From NCBI GenBank assembly GCA_023247725.1, contig JAHFFW010000014.1, positions 783-64,782 of the forward strand: 64,000 bases of DNA. The letters are read 5' to 3'. The notes beneath the pieces were generated by a model. The model was not told where the DNA came from. It did not search any database and worked only from the letters and a program-made list of their open reading frames with translations. Source of the DNA: Candidatus Omnitrophota bacterium (GTDB lineage: Bacteria; Omnitrophota; Gorgyraeia; Zapsychrales; JAHFFX01). Made by a program: the position numbers and the translations under genes. Of the stretch, positions 27,390-37,173 are shown piece after piece (positions within the stretch are counted from its first letter, which is position 1; each line of letters starts with the position of its first letter).

Positions 27390-29400
27390 AGAAGAAAATT
27401 TCCGCACATGGAAGGTGCTTTTGATCCTGGGGCTTTTTGGAGTATGTGTTTTTGCCAATACCCTCAATCACCGGTTTAATATCGACGAGTATAATTTTTT
27501 TTTCCAGGATTCGTCATTTCAATCCCCCAAATTTTCTCTTTATCAATGGATCCCCAATTTCCGACAAGTCTACAGACTGGATGAACAAAGACCAGAACTG
27601 TATTATCGTCCGCTCAACCACACCTTGATGATGGCGAGCAAATGGATATTCCAAGACAATACTCGCTTGTATCAGGTATCGAGTATCTTTTTTTGGGTGG
27701 CCGCGGCCGGGATGGTTTATTCTTTATTGAGCGGATGGACTAAAAAAAGGGTGGCTTTTGGGGCGAGCCTTTTTTTTCTGGTTCATCCGATGAATGGTCT
27801 GATGTTGAACAATAAGACCTGCTTTGTTTACTCGGTCATGCTGATCTTTATGTGTGCATCGGCGATCCTGCAAAGGCGCTGGCAAGAGCAAAAAAACATG
27901 GGCTGGCTCGCTGCCAGTCTATTTCTTTATCTTTTGGCCAGCCTGATCCATGAGATGGGACTTTTACTGCCGATCTATCTTATCTTTGTTGAACGCTACG
28001 TCCGCGACTCTTCCTGGCGAAAGTCTTTTTGGGAGATCCGTTATCACGGATTGATCTTCTTCGTGTTTTTCTTATGGCATTTGAGTTTCACCCAGATGAA
28101 AACCGTGGTCTTTGCCAACTGGGGTGGGCCGGGGCTGGCGATCGCCAATGGGATTTTTGCGAGCGCACAAGCCGTGGCCTTGTATGTGGAAAAATTGCTC
28201 GTTCCCATCGGTATTGTGATCAACTGGACCAGAGACGTCACGATGGGGGCTGCCCTTTTGGCCTGGTTGATCGTCGCCGCGGGAGTCGGGGCTTTGATTA
28301 TTCTTCGACGCAAAATTCGTTGGGAAAGAGAAATCCGCCTGTCCTTGGCCTGGCTCGTGACTGGATTCTTCGTCATCATGGTCACGAGCGTCCTTTCCGG
28401 TCACGGACGGATTGTGGTCGAGCCGCACTGGATGCTTTTTCCCTCCCTTGGTTTTTTTCTGCTCGTGGCGCTCGTGATCGACCGAGGGTGGCAGAGCCAC
28501 TTTAAGAAGGCGGTCGTTTTGATTTGTACTGGCTTGTTGCTTTTTTGGAGCGGATTGTCCTTTGTCGCTAATTCCTTCTGGGCTAATCAAAGGATCTTTG
28601 CCGCGTATTGGCTGACCTATTCTCCCCATAATTCTTATTTGTATTTTTTGTTAGCCAGCGGCTATCAGGAAGAGGGGGATTACGCTCGAGCCGAAATTTT
28701 TTATAAGAAGTGTTTAGCGTTGGGGGTCGTTCCGGCGAAGGCGTACGACAATCTGGGGATCATGGCCTTGGATGAAAGAAAATATAAGGAAGCGGAGGAT
28801 TATTTTCAATTGGCGTTGGCAGTGAATCCGAAACAGTCGATATTCTGGAACAATTTAGGGTCGGTGTATTTGGAGACAAGGCGTTTTGAGGAAGCGAAGA
28901 CGGCCTTTGAGCGGGCGATTGAGTTAAATCCCTTGTATTATCTTCCCCGGGCGAATCTGGGGCAGGTGTATCATCAGGAAGGAAAACTCCCAGAAGCTTT
29001 AACTTTTTATGACGAGTATCTGGAGATCACTCCTCGAGATCAGCATATTGTGTTGTTGGCGATGACGGCGGCGTTAGAGAGCAAGGATGGCCAACAAGTC
29101 GAAAAATTTTTTAATCAAGCGAGACAATGGATTGATGATCCGGCGGCATTAACCCAGATAGGGAGTTTATTAGCATCAAAAGGGGATTTTCCCCAGGCCT
29201 TCGCCTTGTATGAGAAAGCCTTACGGCGTAATCCACAGTTTATTCCGGCCTATGTGGAGATGGGCAAGCTCTTGGCTAACCAGGGAGATCTCGACGGGGC
29301 AAGGAGAGTTTGGAGCGCGGCACTTCCCTATAGCAACGACCAAGGGGAATTACTGGATTTGCTGAGAAGGTCTGAGAGAGACAACTATCCTGCTTCGTAA
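27376..29400 (+). CDS. polytopic membrane protein with C-terminal TPR repeats (tandem paralog)
   Basis: Same architecture as the previous gene. Shares 107 identical residues and 322 identical nt with it. Confidence 0.6.
   Translation: MRIPKEENFRTWKVLLILGLFGVCVFANTLNHRFNIDEYNFFFQDSSFQSPKFSLYQWIPNFRQVYRLDEQRPELYYRPLNHTLMMASKWIFQDNTRLYQVSSIFFWVAAAGMVYSLLSGWTKKRVAFGASLFFLVHPMNGLMLNNKTCFVYSVMLIFMCASAILQRRWQEQKNMGWLAASLFLYLLASLIHEMGLLLPIYLIFVERYVRDSSWRKSFWEIRYHGLIFFVFFLWHLSFTQMKTVVFANWGGPGLAIANGIFASAQAVALYVEKLLVPIGIVINWTRDVTMGAALLAWLIVAAGVGALIILRRKIRWEREIRLSLAWLVTGFFVIMVTSVLSGHGRIVVEPHWMLFPSLGFFLLVALVIDRGWQSHFKKAVVLICTGLLLFWSGLSFVANSFWANQRIFAAYWLTYSPHNSYLYFLLASGYQEEGDYARAEIFYKKCLALGVVPAKAYDNLGIMALDERKYKEAEDYFQLALAVNPKQSIFWNNLGSVYLETRRFEEAKTAFERAIELNPLYYLPRANLGQVYHQEGKLPEALTFYDEYLEITPRDQHIVLLAMTAALESKDGQQVEKFFNQARQWIDDPAALTQIGSLLASKGDFPQAFALYEKALRRNPQFIPAYVEMGKLLANQGDLDGARRVWSAALPYSNDQGELLDLLRRSERDNYPAS
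28751..29072 (+). repeat. 322-bp block identical to 26731-27052
   Basis: See the partner copy. Confidence 0.85.
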
Positions 29401-29468
29401 AACTAATGGACGTCTCAGTTTTGCTTCGCAGGAATAAAAAATTGCGAACCAATCAAATTTTTACCCTG

Positions 29469-29509
29469 GGGGCGTTTCGGCCTTGCGGAAATTAGGGCCG
29501 AAACGCCCC
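29469..29509 (+). terminator. GC-rich perfect hairpin (14-bp stem ggggcgtttcggcc/ggccgaaacgcccc) downstream of the TPR paralogs; weak terminator candidate (no T-tract)
   Basis: Read directly from the sequence. It lacks a U-run, so intrinsic-terminator function is uncertain. Confidence 0.3.
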
Positions 29510-29770
29510 GTCGCTTTGTCTATCCTTTTTTAAGAATACCCCAGACGCAACTATTAAGAAATCTTAATCTGTTTTTAACCTCATTCTAAGGAAAGGTGCG
29601 TTATAAGAGAGAGGTTTTTCATTCCCTCAATTCTTAGAATTCTTTTCATGATAAAACAATTGAAGCCTTCCGATGAGCGTGGCGGCCTAACCCTCGGGAA
29701 GTTCTCTAAAAAAGGTTTTCCTCTCCGTCTTATTTTTCAATCTTTAATCCTTTAATTGTGGAGAAAACGC

Positions 29771-32700
29771 ATGAATCCGGTAACCTTTGTTGATGGCAAT
29801 GGGAAGAATGTGCAAACTTTACCCTCCGAAACACCGCCGGCTCCAGAACGAGTGCCGCTTAAGAAAGATCAATTACGGCAGATCCTCCAGGTCGCCAAGG
29901 CCATCCGGCAGGGAAATTTTTCCGCGCGCTTTCCCGTGGAAGAAGAGGGGATCGCGAGCGAAATCAGCGATGTCCTAAACGACATCCTGGAACTGAACGA
30001 AAATATGATCAAGGAATTCGCTCGGGTTTCGGTCATCGTCGGTCAGGAAGGCAGGCTCCCGGAACGCGCCTCCATTGGCCCGGTCAAAGGCGCCTGGGCG
30101 ACGGGTATGGAAGCCATCAATTCCCTTATCACCAATCTTGTTCAGCCGACGAACGAATTCGCCCGCGTCATCACCTCGGTCGCCAGAGGTGACTTGTCCG
30201 AGAAAATGCCTTTGGAAATCAATGGCCGGCTGCTCAAAGGCGAATATCTGCGCATCGCCACCATTGTCAATTCCATGTTTGACCAGCTGGGATTTTTCTC
30301 GTCGGAAGTTTCCCGTGTGGCCAAGGAAGTCGGTCTGGAAGGAAAATTGGGTGGTCAGGCCGATGTCAAGGGGGTCACGGGTGTCTGGAAGGATTTGACG
30401 GACAACGTTAACCAACTCGCCGGAAACCTCACGAACCAGGTTCGCAACATCGCCAAGGTTACGACCGCGGTTGCCAAAGGTGACTTGTCGCAGAAGATCA
30501 CCGTCGACGCAAAAGGTGAAATCTCCGAACTTAAAAATACCATCAACACCATGGTGGATCAGCTGAACTCCTTCGCGGCAGAAGTCACCCGTGTGGCCAA
30601 GGAAGTCGGTACAGAAGGAAAGCTCGGTGGTCAAGCGGACGTCAAGGGTGTTTCGGGGACGTGGAAAGATTTGACGGACAACGTCAACGTCTTGGCCGGA
30701 AACCTCACGAAACAAGTTCGTGGTATTGTCAAGGTCGTTACCGCGGTCGCCAATGGTGACCTACACCAGAAATTCGTTTTGGAAGCCAAAGGCGAGGTCG
30801 CTGCCCTTGCCGAAACGATCAATAACATGATTGATACCTTGAGTACCTTTGCCGATCAGGTCACCACCGTCGCAAGGGAAGTCGGTATCGAAGGTCAGCT
30901 CGGTGGTCAGGCAAAAGTTCCTGGTGCCTCCGGTGTGTGGAAGGACTTGACCGACAACGTCAACGTTATGGCGAGCAATCTCACCAAACAAGTCCGCGGC
31001 ATCGTCAAGGTCGTTACCGCGGTCGCCAATGGTGACCTGAGCGAAAAATTCGTTTTGGAAGCCAAAGGCGAGGTCGCCGCCCTCGCCGAAACGATTAACA
31101 GTATGACCGATACGCTGAGAACTTTCGCCGATCAGGTCACCACGGTCGCCCGCGAAGTCGGTATCGAAGGAAAACTCGGAGGTCAGGCCAAGGTTCCCGG
31201 GGCCTCCGGTATTTGGAAAGATTTGACGGACAACGTCAACCAGCTCGCTGGAAACTTGACCTCGCAGGTTCGCGCCATCGCCGAGGTTTCGACCGCCGTT
31301 ACCAAAGGTGACCTCACGCGTTCCATCACCGTTCAGGCGCAAGGAGAAGTCGCGGCCTTGAAAGACAACATCAATCAGATGATCGCGAATCTTAAGGACA
31401 CGACGCAGAAAAATATGGAACAGGACTGGTTGAAAACGAACCTCGCTCGCTTCTCCAGTATGATGCAGGGGCAAAGGAATCTGACCGCCGTCGCTCAGCT
31501 CATCATGTCAGAACTGACGCCTTTGCTCGACGCGCAGCACGGAACATTCTTCGTCGCAGCCCAAGAAGAAGGGGAAGTCACCTTGAATTTGATTGCCAGC
31601 TACGCCTTTACCGAGCGCAAGCATTTGTCCAACCGTTACCGTTTAAAGGAAAGCCTCGTCGGACAATGCGCCTTTGAGAAGAAGCGCATTTTGATTACGG
31701 AAACGCCGGGCGATTATATTTCCATCACCTCAGGTTTGGGTGAGTCGAAGCCCAAAAATATTCTTCTTCTGCCGGTTGTTTTCGAAGGGGATTTAAAGGC
31801 CGTCATCGAGCTCGCTTCGTTCAAACCGTTTAGCGCCAACTACCTGAACTTCCTTGACCAGCTCATGGACAGCGTCGGCGTTATCCTCAACATGATTTCC
31901 TCGACCATGAGAACCGAGGAACTTCTGCAAGAGGTCAAGCGTTCCAACGCCGAGCTCGAAGCCCAGGCCAAGGAACTCGAAGAGAAGGCCAAACTCCTCG
32001 AGTTGAAAAACAAGGAAGTTGAAATGGCCAGTTTGTCTTTGGAAGAGAAGGCTGAGCAGCTTTCCCTCATTTCTAAATACAAATCGGAATTTTTGGCCAA
32101 TATGTCGCACGAACTGCGCACCCCCTTAAACAGTTTGCTCATCCTTTCAAAAACACTGGCGGAAAATAAAGAAGATAACCTCAATCCCGAACAGGTCAAA
32201 TATGCCGCCACCGTTCACTCGACGGGCCAGGACCTTTTGACCCTCATCAATGAAATCCTCGATCTATCCAAGGTTGAAGCCGGAAAGATGTCCATCGAGC
32301 CGCAAGAAATCAAATTGCCGCAGATCTATGAATACCTGGAGCAGAATTTTCGGCCCCTGGCGGAACACAAGAATCTGGAATTTAAGATTAGCGAGGATCA
32401 GAATCTGCCCGATACCATTTTTACCGACAACAGCCGCTTGCAGCAGATCCTTAAGAATCTGTTGTCCAACGCCATTAAATTCACCGAAAAAGGAAGGGTT
32501 GTCCTGCAAATCAAGCTCGCCGAGAAGGGAAAAAAATTCGGCATCGAAAATCTGGACAAGAGCCCGAATGTGTTTGCCTTTTCCATCACCGATACCGGCA
32601 TCGGTATTCCTAAGGAAAAGCAAAAAATTATTTTCGAAGCCTTCCAGCAGGCAGATGGCACGACCAGCCGCAAGTATGGCGGAACGGGCCTGGGTCTGAC

Positions 32701-33259
32701 CATCAGCCGGGAAATCACACGTCTGTTGGGCGGTATGATTGAGGTGGACAGCATTCCGGAACAAGGCAGTACCTTTACGCTTTATTTGCCGGAGCGATAT
32801 ATGGGTGCGGAGGCGATCAAGGAAAAAGTTGAGTTTGAAACCATCATTCCCCCCTTACCCGATGACGCTGATTTCAAAGGCAAGAAGATCCTGATTGTCG
32901 ACGACGATCGGCGCAACCTCTACGCCTTGACCAGCATCCTGTCGCCAAAGGGGATGAATGTTTTTCACGCCGAGAATGGCAAGATCGGAATCCGGCGCTT
33001 GCTGGAACATCCCGATGTGGATCTGGTCTTGATGGATATCATGATGCCAGAGATGAATGGATTCGATGCCATCAAGGCCATCCGCAAGATGCCAAAATTT
33101 ATCTCGCTGCCGATTCTTTCCTTAACGGCCAAGGCGATGAAGGGAGACCGGGAGCAGTGCCTGGCCGCGGGGGCCTCCGATTATATTACGAAGCCAGTTG
33201 ATTCGGACCGGTTGCTGGCCTTGATTTACGCCTGGTTAAACAAATACAGCCTCAAATAA
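29771..33259 (+). CDS. hybrid sensor histidine kinase with tandem poly-HAMP array, GAF-like domain, HisKA, HATPase_c and C-terminal receiver
   Basis: At least five consecutive ~92-aa HAMP-like units ([14 protein letters not shown]..[11 protein letters not shown]...AVAKGDL), the H-box [10 protein letters not shown], the G-box GGTGLGL, and a receiver domain with DDDRRN...[14 protein letters not shown] at 29756 is an alternative start. Confidence 0.85.
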   Translation: MNPVTFVDGNGKNVQTLPSETPPAPERVPLKKDQLRQILQVAKAIRQGNFSARFPVEEEGIASEISDVLNDILELNENMIKEFARVSVIVGQEGRLPERASIGPVKGAWATGMEAINSLITNLVQPTNEFARVITSVARGDLSEKMPLEINGRLLKGEYLRIATIVNSMFDQLGFFSSEVSRVAKEVGLEGKLGGQADVKGVTGVWKDLTDNVNQLAGNLTNQVRNIAKVTTAVAKGDLSQKITVDAKGEISELKNTINTMVDQLNSFAAEVTRVAKEVGTEGKLGGQADVKGVSGTWKDLTDNVNVLAGNLTKQVRGIVKVVTAVANGDLHQKFVLEAKGEVAALAETINNMIDTLSTFADQVTTVAREVGIEGQLGGQAKVPGASGVWKDLTDNVNVMASNLTKQVRGIVKVVTAVANGDLSEKFVLEAKGEVAALAETINSMTDTLRTFADQVTTVAREVGIEGKLGGQAKVPGASGIWKDLTDNVNQLAGNLTSQVRAIAEVSTAVTKGDLTRSITVQAQGEVAALKDNINQMIANLKDTTQKNMEQDWLKTNLARFSSMMQGQRNLTAVAQLIMSELTPLLDAQHGTFFVAAQEEGEVTLNLIASYAFTERKHLSNRYRLKESLVGQCAFEKKRILITETPGDYISITSGLGESKPKNILLLPVVFEGDLKAVIELASFKPFSANYLNFLDQLMDSVGVILNMISSTMRTEELLQEVKRSNAELEAQAKELEEKAKLLELKNKEVEMASLSLEEKAEQLSLISKYKSEFLANMSHELRTPLNSLLILSKTLAENKEDNLNPEQVKYAATVHSTGQDLLTLINEILDLSKVEAGKMSIEPQEIKLPQIYEYLEQNFRPLAEHKNLEFKISEDQNLPDTIFTDNSRLQQILKNLLSNAIKFTEKGRVVLQIKLAEKGKKFGIENLDKSPNVFAFSITDTGIGIPKEKQKIIFEAFQQADGTTSRKYGGTGLGLTISREITRLLGGMIEVDSIPEQGSTFTLYLPERYMGAEAIKEKVEFETIIPPLPDDADFKGKKILIVDDDRRNLYALTSILSPKGMNVFHAENGKIGIRRLLEHPDVDLVLMDIMMPEMNGFDAIKAIRKMPKFISLPILSLTAKAMKGDREQCLAAGASDYITKPVDSDRLLALIYAWLNKYSLK
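30040..31440 (+). repeat. tandem ~276-nt coding repeats (HAMP units), about 85% nt identity between some units
   Basis: For example, 30860-31000 versus 31136-31276 are near-identical. Confidence 0.7.
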
Positions 33260-33262
33260 AAT

Positions 33263-33682
33263 ATGATCACAACCGCCGTTGAACCACACGTGGCGACCAA
33301 GACTCATGTTTTGGTCGTCGATGACCGGCCGGAGGGACTATTGGCGTTGGAGGCCGTTCTAGGAAGTGAAAACCTCACGCTCATAAAGGCCAATTCCGGA
33401 CGGGAGGCGCTGGACCTGGCTCTTGATCATGATTTCGCCGTTATTCTCCTCGATGTGCAGATGCCGGACATGGATGGTTTTGAGACCGCCCACCGGATCC
33501 GCCAAAACAGCCGCTCCAAAGAAACCCCGATCATTTTCATCACGGCCATCAACAAAGAAATCCGCCACATCAACAAGGGTTATGAGGCGGGTGCCGTGGA
33601 TTATATCTTCAAACCCTTTGAACCGTTTATCCTCAAGGCCAAGGTTGATATTTTTGTGGAGTTGTTTAATCTCTTCGGGTAA
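33263..33682 (+). CDS. single-domain response regulator (CheY-like receiver)
   Basis: VLVVDD...LDVQMPDMDGFE...K motif. Starts 4 nt after the kinase stop. Confidence 0.85.
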   Translation: MITTAVEPHVATKTHVLVVDDRPEGLLALEAVLGSENLTLIKANSGREALDLALDHDFAVILLDVQMPDMDGFETAHRIRQNSRSKETPIIFITAINKEIRHINKGYEAGAVDYIFKPFEPFILKAKVDIFVELFNLFG

Positions 33683-34200
33683 ATTCCCCGCAGCTTGCTG
33701 CGTACGAAGATGGTATATTGTGTGAGTGAGCAAGTACATCCATAAGAGTCATAATGTATCGGTGTTGATCTACCATGTGGTGTGTCCGGCGAAGTATCGA
33801 AGAGTAGTGTTTAGCAAAGGAGTGGATGAGAAGATCAAAGAAGTGTGCCTGGAGATTAGCAAGAGGTATGAAGTTATCTTTTTGGAAATAGGAGTGGATA
33901 AGGATCATGTACATTTTCTGATACAGTCTGTGCCGATGTATAGTCCGAAGAAGATTGTTCAAATGATAAAGAGTATAACAGCCAGAGAGATATTTAGGAT
34001 GTGTCCAGAAGTCAAAAAGCAGCTGTGGGGAGGAGAATTTTGGACAGACGGGTATTTTGTGAATACGGTAGGTCAGCATGGGAACGAGTCTACGGTTCAA
34101 AAGTATATTCAGGAGCAAGGGAAAGAGAAAGAATATCAAAAAATATATCAACAACATTAACGCTTTTCTAATACCCCGTCAGCTTGCTGCGGGGTAGTTT
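33683..34200 (+). mobile_element. IS200/IS605-family insertion sequence (tnpA only) with subterminal hairpins
   Basis: Left hairpin ccccgcagcttgctgcg at about 33686 and right hairpin ccccgtcagcttgctgcgggg at about 34176 flank a Y1 transposase gene. Confidence 0.8.
33726..34160 (+). CDS. tnpA: IS200/IS605 family transposase TnpA (HUH Y1 transposase)
   Basis: HUH motif DHVHFLI, the catalytic Tyr region WTDGYFVNTVG, and the N-terminal YHVVCPAKYRR. GTG start. Confidence 0.9.
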   Translation: MSKYIHKSHNVSVLIYHVVCPAKYRRVVFSKGVDEKIKEVCLEISKRYEVIFLEIGVDKDHVHFLIQSVPMYSPKKIVQMIKSITAREIFRMCPEVKKQLWGGEFWTDGYFVNTVGQHGNESTVQKYIQEQGKEKEYQKIYQQH

Positions 34201-34266
34201 ATTTTAATCGGTTACCTGCATAATAATAAAACAAAAGCTGAGATTTCATCAGGATCGGAGAGATTT

Positions 34267-34959
34267 ATGGAAAACATTCATAATGTGACGATTGTCTCGC
34301 GCAACTTTGGAATTTTTTCGGATCGGATGGAAGCCGGACGATTCCTGGCGGACGAATTGAAATTTTATAAAGACAGCCAGGCCGTCGTGCTGGGAATTCC
34401 CCGGGGAGGAGTCGTTATTGCCGCCGAGATTGCCCGGGGTTTGCTCCTTCCATTGGATATGATATTTTCCCGGAAGATTGGCGCGCCGGGTCATCCTGAA
34501 TATGCCATTGGGGCCATGAGTGAAGACGGGGAAGTGTACCTCAATGACGAGGCGATTGCCCAATGGCAGATTGGTCAGGACTACATTATTGGCCGACAAA
34601 ATCGGCAGCGGCTTGAGATTCAGCGTCTCTCGTCTTTATTCCGGCAGTTTTATCCGAAGGTGCCGGTGGAAAATCGGATTGTCATCCTCACCGATGATGG
34701 GGTGGCGACCGGCGCGACCATGCAGGCCGCGCTTTGGTCGCTCATTCATGAACATCCCCACCGGACGGTCGTTGCCTTGCCGGTGGGAACCGAACAGGCC
34801 CTCACCGAATTAGCGAAAGACGCCGATGAGGTCATCTGCTTGAACGTTCCGGAATCATTTTCCGGTGTGGGGCAGTTTTATCAAAACTTTGCGCAAGTCA
34901 GCGATGAGGACGTTGCCTCGATCCTTAGGTCTGCCTCTAGAAAAGGGAAGCAAGCATGA
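34267..34959 (+). CDS. phosphoribosyltransferase-domain protein (type I PRTase fold)
   Basis: GIPRGGVVIAAEIA and the PRPP-binding motif VILTDDGVATGATMQAA. Confidence 0.75.
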   Translation: MENIHNVTIVSRNFGIFSDRMEAGRFLADELKFYKDSQAVVLGIPRGGVVIAAEIARGLLLPLDMIFSRKIGAPGHPEYAIGAMSEDGEVYLNDEAIAQWQIGQDYIIGRQNRQRLEIQRLSSLFRQFYPKVPVENRIVILTDDGVATGATMQAALWSLIHEHPHRTVVALPVGTEQALTELAKDADEVICLNVPESFSGVGQFYQNFAQVSDEDVASILRSASRKGKQA

Positions 34960-35048
34960 TGAACATCAAACAATGCCTCGGGAATGATTTTAGCAAATAC
35001 CGAATTTTTGCCCTGACCAATAACGAACAAGGACAGGTGAATGTCGAT

Positions 35049-35198
35049 CCCTCGACTCGTACCTCGGCCATGGCCGGGGGCCCTTCGCTCGGGATGGAAC
35101 CCAATCATAAGAAATCACGCGAGCAAATCCCCAAAGGGCAAGAAGAAGGTACCACGCCCGCCTGCCGACGAGGCAGGGGCATGCCCGTGGGGTTCCAT
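35049..35198 (+). repeat. structured palindromic repeat family A, copy 2
   Basis: Near-identical to 5247-5396. Lies immediately downstream of the PRTase gene. The overlapping ORF 34956-35399 is probably an artifact of the repeat being open in one frame. Confidence 0.8.
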
Positions 35199-35199
35199 T

Positions 35200-35430
35200 A
35201 TGTTAAGGAAGTCTATTTTCTCGACAAGGATAGCCGACGAAAAAGGGGAGCTTTTGCACGCCGAGGTCGAATCCGTTCGAGAATTGGAAATCCTGGATGG
35301 GATTGCCCCCATCGAGCCGAATCTGGAGATTGCTTCGACCAAACGCAAATTGACCCTGAGGGTATCTGCCATCGAGGAAATCGCTTCTTGTATCCATAAA
35401 GTTTTGGAGACTGCCAATGGCTCGCATTGA
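35200..35430 (+). CDS. hypothetical small protein (76 aa) starting at the 3' edge of repeat copy 2
   Basis: After the repeat, the ORF 35041-35430 frame looks protein-like (MLRKSIFSTRIADEKGELLHAEVESVRELEILDG...). No RBS recognized, because the repeat occupies that position. Confidence 0.3.
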   Translation: MLRKSIFSTRIADEKGELLHAEVESVRELEILDGIAPIEPNLEIASTKRKLTLRVSAIEEIASCIHKVLETANGSH

Positions 35431-35549
35431 CCATGAAAACGATCTTGAGATTCATTTAAAAAGGAATTTCCCAATAGAAGGAGGTTCAAAGAATGAAAAC
35501 CATATTAATTGTCTTATGAGGACTGGTCTTCGGTTATACGGTCGGAAGT

Positions 35550-35891
35550 ATGGCGGTGGAGCAAACTGGCTATGAGGGCAGTCAACCCGGAAGTTATCAG
35601 CAGCCGGCAACCATCACGCCCCAACCAAACCCGGCGGATAAAAATCAGCAATACCCGTCGGTGGTTCTAGAATCGCCGGATACCTTGATCCGGGGCAAAA
35701 TTATTTCGGCTGATCCGCAGCAAAAGAAATTTAAGCTGATCGAATTTGCCAGCGGTTACGAACGGTTGTTCAAGGTAATGGATTCGAATCTTCTCAAAGA
35801 CGTTAAAAAAGGGGATTCCGTCCGGGTCACGCCGGATGTCGATGACCCCAATATCGCCCGGGATGTTAAAAGAGAGCCGATGAATCGTTAG
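35550..35891 (+). CDS. hypothetical protein (113 aa)
   Basis: ORF with a proline/glutamine-rich N-terminus. No motif recognized. Confidence 0.4.
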   Translation: MAVEQTGYEGSQPGSYQQPATITPQPNPADKNQQYPSVVLESPDTLIRGKIISADPQQKKFKLIEFASGYERLFKVMDSNLLKDVKKGDSVRVTPDVDDPNIARDVKREPMNR

Positions 35892-36496
35892 AGATAAAGG
35901 AGACCCCATGTGTCGCGAAGAGTTGGAAAAGAATTTTAAAGAAAAACAAAAGGCCGAAGCCGATCAGGAGCTTGAGGAAGACCTGATGCGTTCCGAGAAC
36001 GAAGGTTATTCCATCATGTACGAATCGGAAAAGAAAAAGGAAGCAGAGAAACTGTCGGCCCATCGATAGCTATCTGAGGGTCGCGGCTTTGTGACCCCGA
36101 CGATAAAGACTTCCGGCGGGGTCATTGAGTGAAAAAGAAGGAATGACCAAATCTCAAGGCCCCAAATTCCAAACATGGTTATTGGTGCTTTTGGGAATTG
36201 GTTAACGAAATGGGCAATCCGGTCATCCGGAGATCCGGGTCATCATTTCCGGATGACCGGATAACCTGTAATTTATTTTCATTTTAACCAAGATTGTCAC
36301 CGGACTTTTGGAAAACTCCAATGCCTTAGTTGCCGATGGAATTGAATCAGCCACAGGTTCGAATCATTCCGGCATTCCTCATCTCATGTCCTTCCCGTAG
36401 TGCTCCTAAGATTCTAGACAGCCTGCCCAAATGGGTTTAAAATCATTGACGATTTTTCTGACCGAACCATTTTAAGGATTTTTTCAAGGAAGCGCG

Positions 36497-37171
36497 ATGC
36501 GGATCCTGGTTGTCGAAGACGAAAAGAAACTGGCCACGTTTCTCAAGCGGGCGCTCAAAGAAAAAGGTTATGCGGTCGATGTGGCGCATGATGGGGCTGA
36601 GGGTCTGTTTCTCGCCCAGGAAAATCCTTATGATTTGATTATTCTCGATATCATGCTGCCGGAAAAAAATGGATTGGCCGTTTGCCAGGAATTACGTAAA
36701 GAGGAAAAGGCCGTTCCGATTCTTATGCTCACGGCTCGCGATGATGTCGAGGACAAAATCTCCGGGCTTGATTCCGGGGCGGATGATTATCTGACCAAAC
36801 CTTTTTCCTACGGGGAATTCTTGGCGCGGGTCAGAGCCCTTATCCGACGTCATCGGGATCGCAAAACCCCGGTCCTTCGCGTAGCTGACCTGGAATTGAA
36901 TCAGCTCACCCACAAGGCCCAGCGCGCAGGAAAAGACATCGAATTGACCTCCACCGAGTATGCGCTTTTAGAATATTTGCTGCTCAATGCCAATCAAATC
37001 GTGACAAGGACGATGATTTCCGAACACGTCTGGAACGATCAATTTGACAGCTACTCGAACGTCATTAACGTCTACCTGAATTATTTGCGTAAAAAAGTAG
37101 ACGAAGGTTTCGACCAGAAGCTGATTCATTCGGTGCGCGGAAGCGGATACATTTTGAAAGAGCCTTCATAA
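36497..37171 (+). CDS. OmpR-family response regulator (receiver + winged-helix)
   Basis: ILVVEDE...LDIMLP...LTARD and the C-terminal trans_reg_C ([14 protein letters not shown]...VRGSGY). Confidence 0.9.
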   Translation: MRILVVEDEKKLATFLKRALKEKGYAVDVAHDGAEGLFLAQENPYDLIILDIMLPEKNGLAVCQELRKEEKAVPILMLTARDDVEDKISGLDSGADDYLTKPFSYGEFLARVRALIRRHRDRKTPVLRVADLELNQLTHKAQRAGKDIELTSTEYALLEYLLLNANQIVTRTMISEHVWNDQFDSYSNVINVYLNYLRKKVDEGFDQKLIHSVRGSGYILKEPS

Positions 37172-37173
37172 TC

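Noticed and set aside
30040-31440. Regularly spaced ~276-nt direct repeats, considered as a CRISPR-like or satellite array.
   Set aside because: The units are in frame within one long ORF and encode HAMP-domain repeats. There are no short spacers, so it is not a CRISPR array.
34956-35399. 147-aa ORF running through family A repeat copy 2.
   Set aside because: It is open mostly because the palindromic repeat lacks stops in that frame. The flanking translated sequence is not protein-like. The downstream frame (35200-35430) looks more plausible.
36340-36380. tRNA-like T-arm string ggttcgaatc.
   Set aside because: I found no acceptor stem, anticodon arm or CCA-compatible 3' end around it. I treat it as a chance match.
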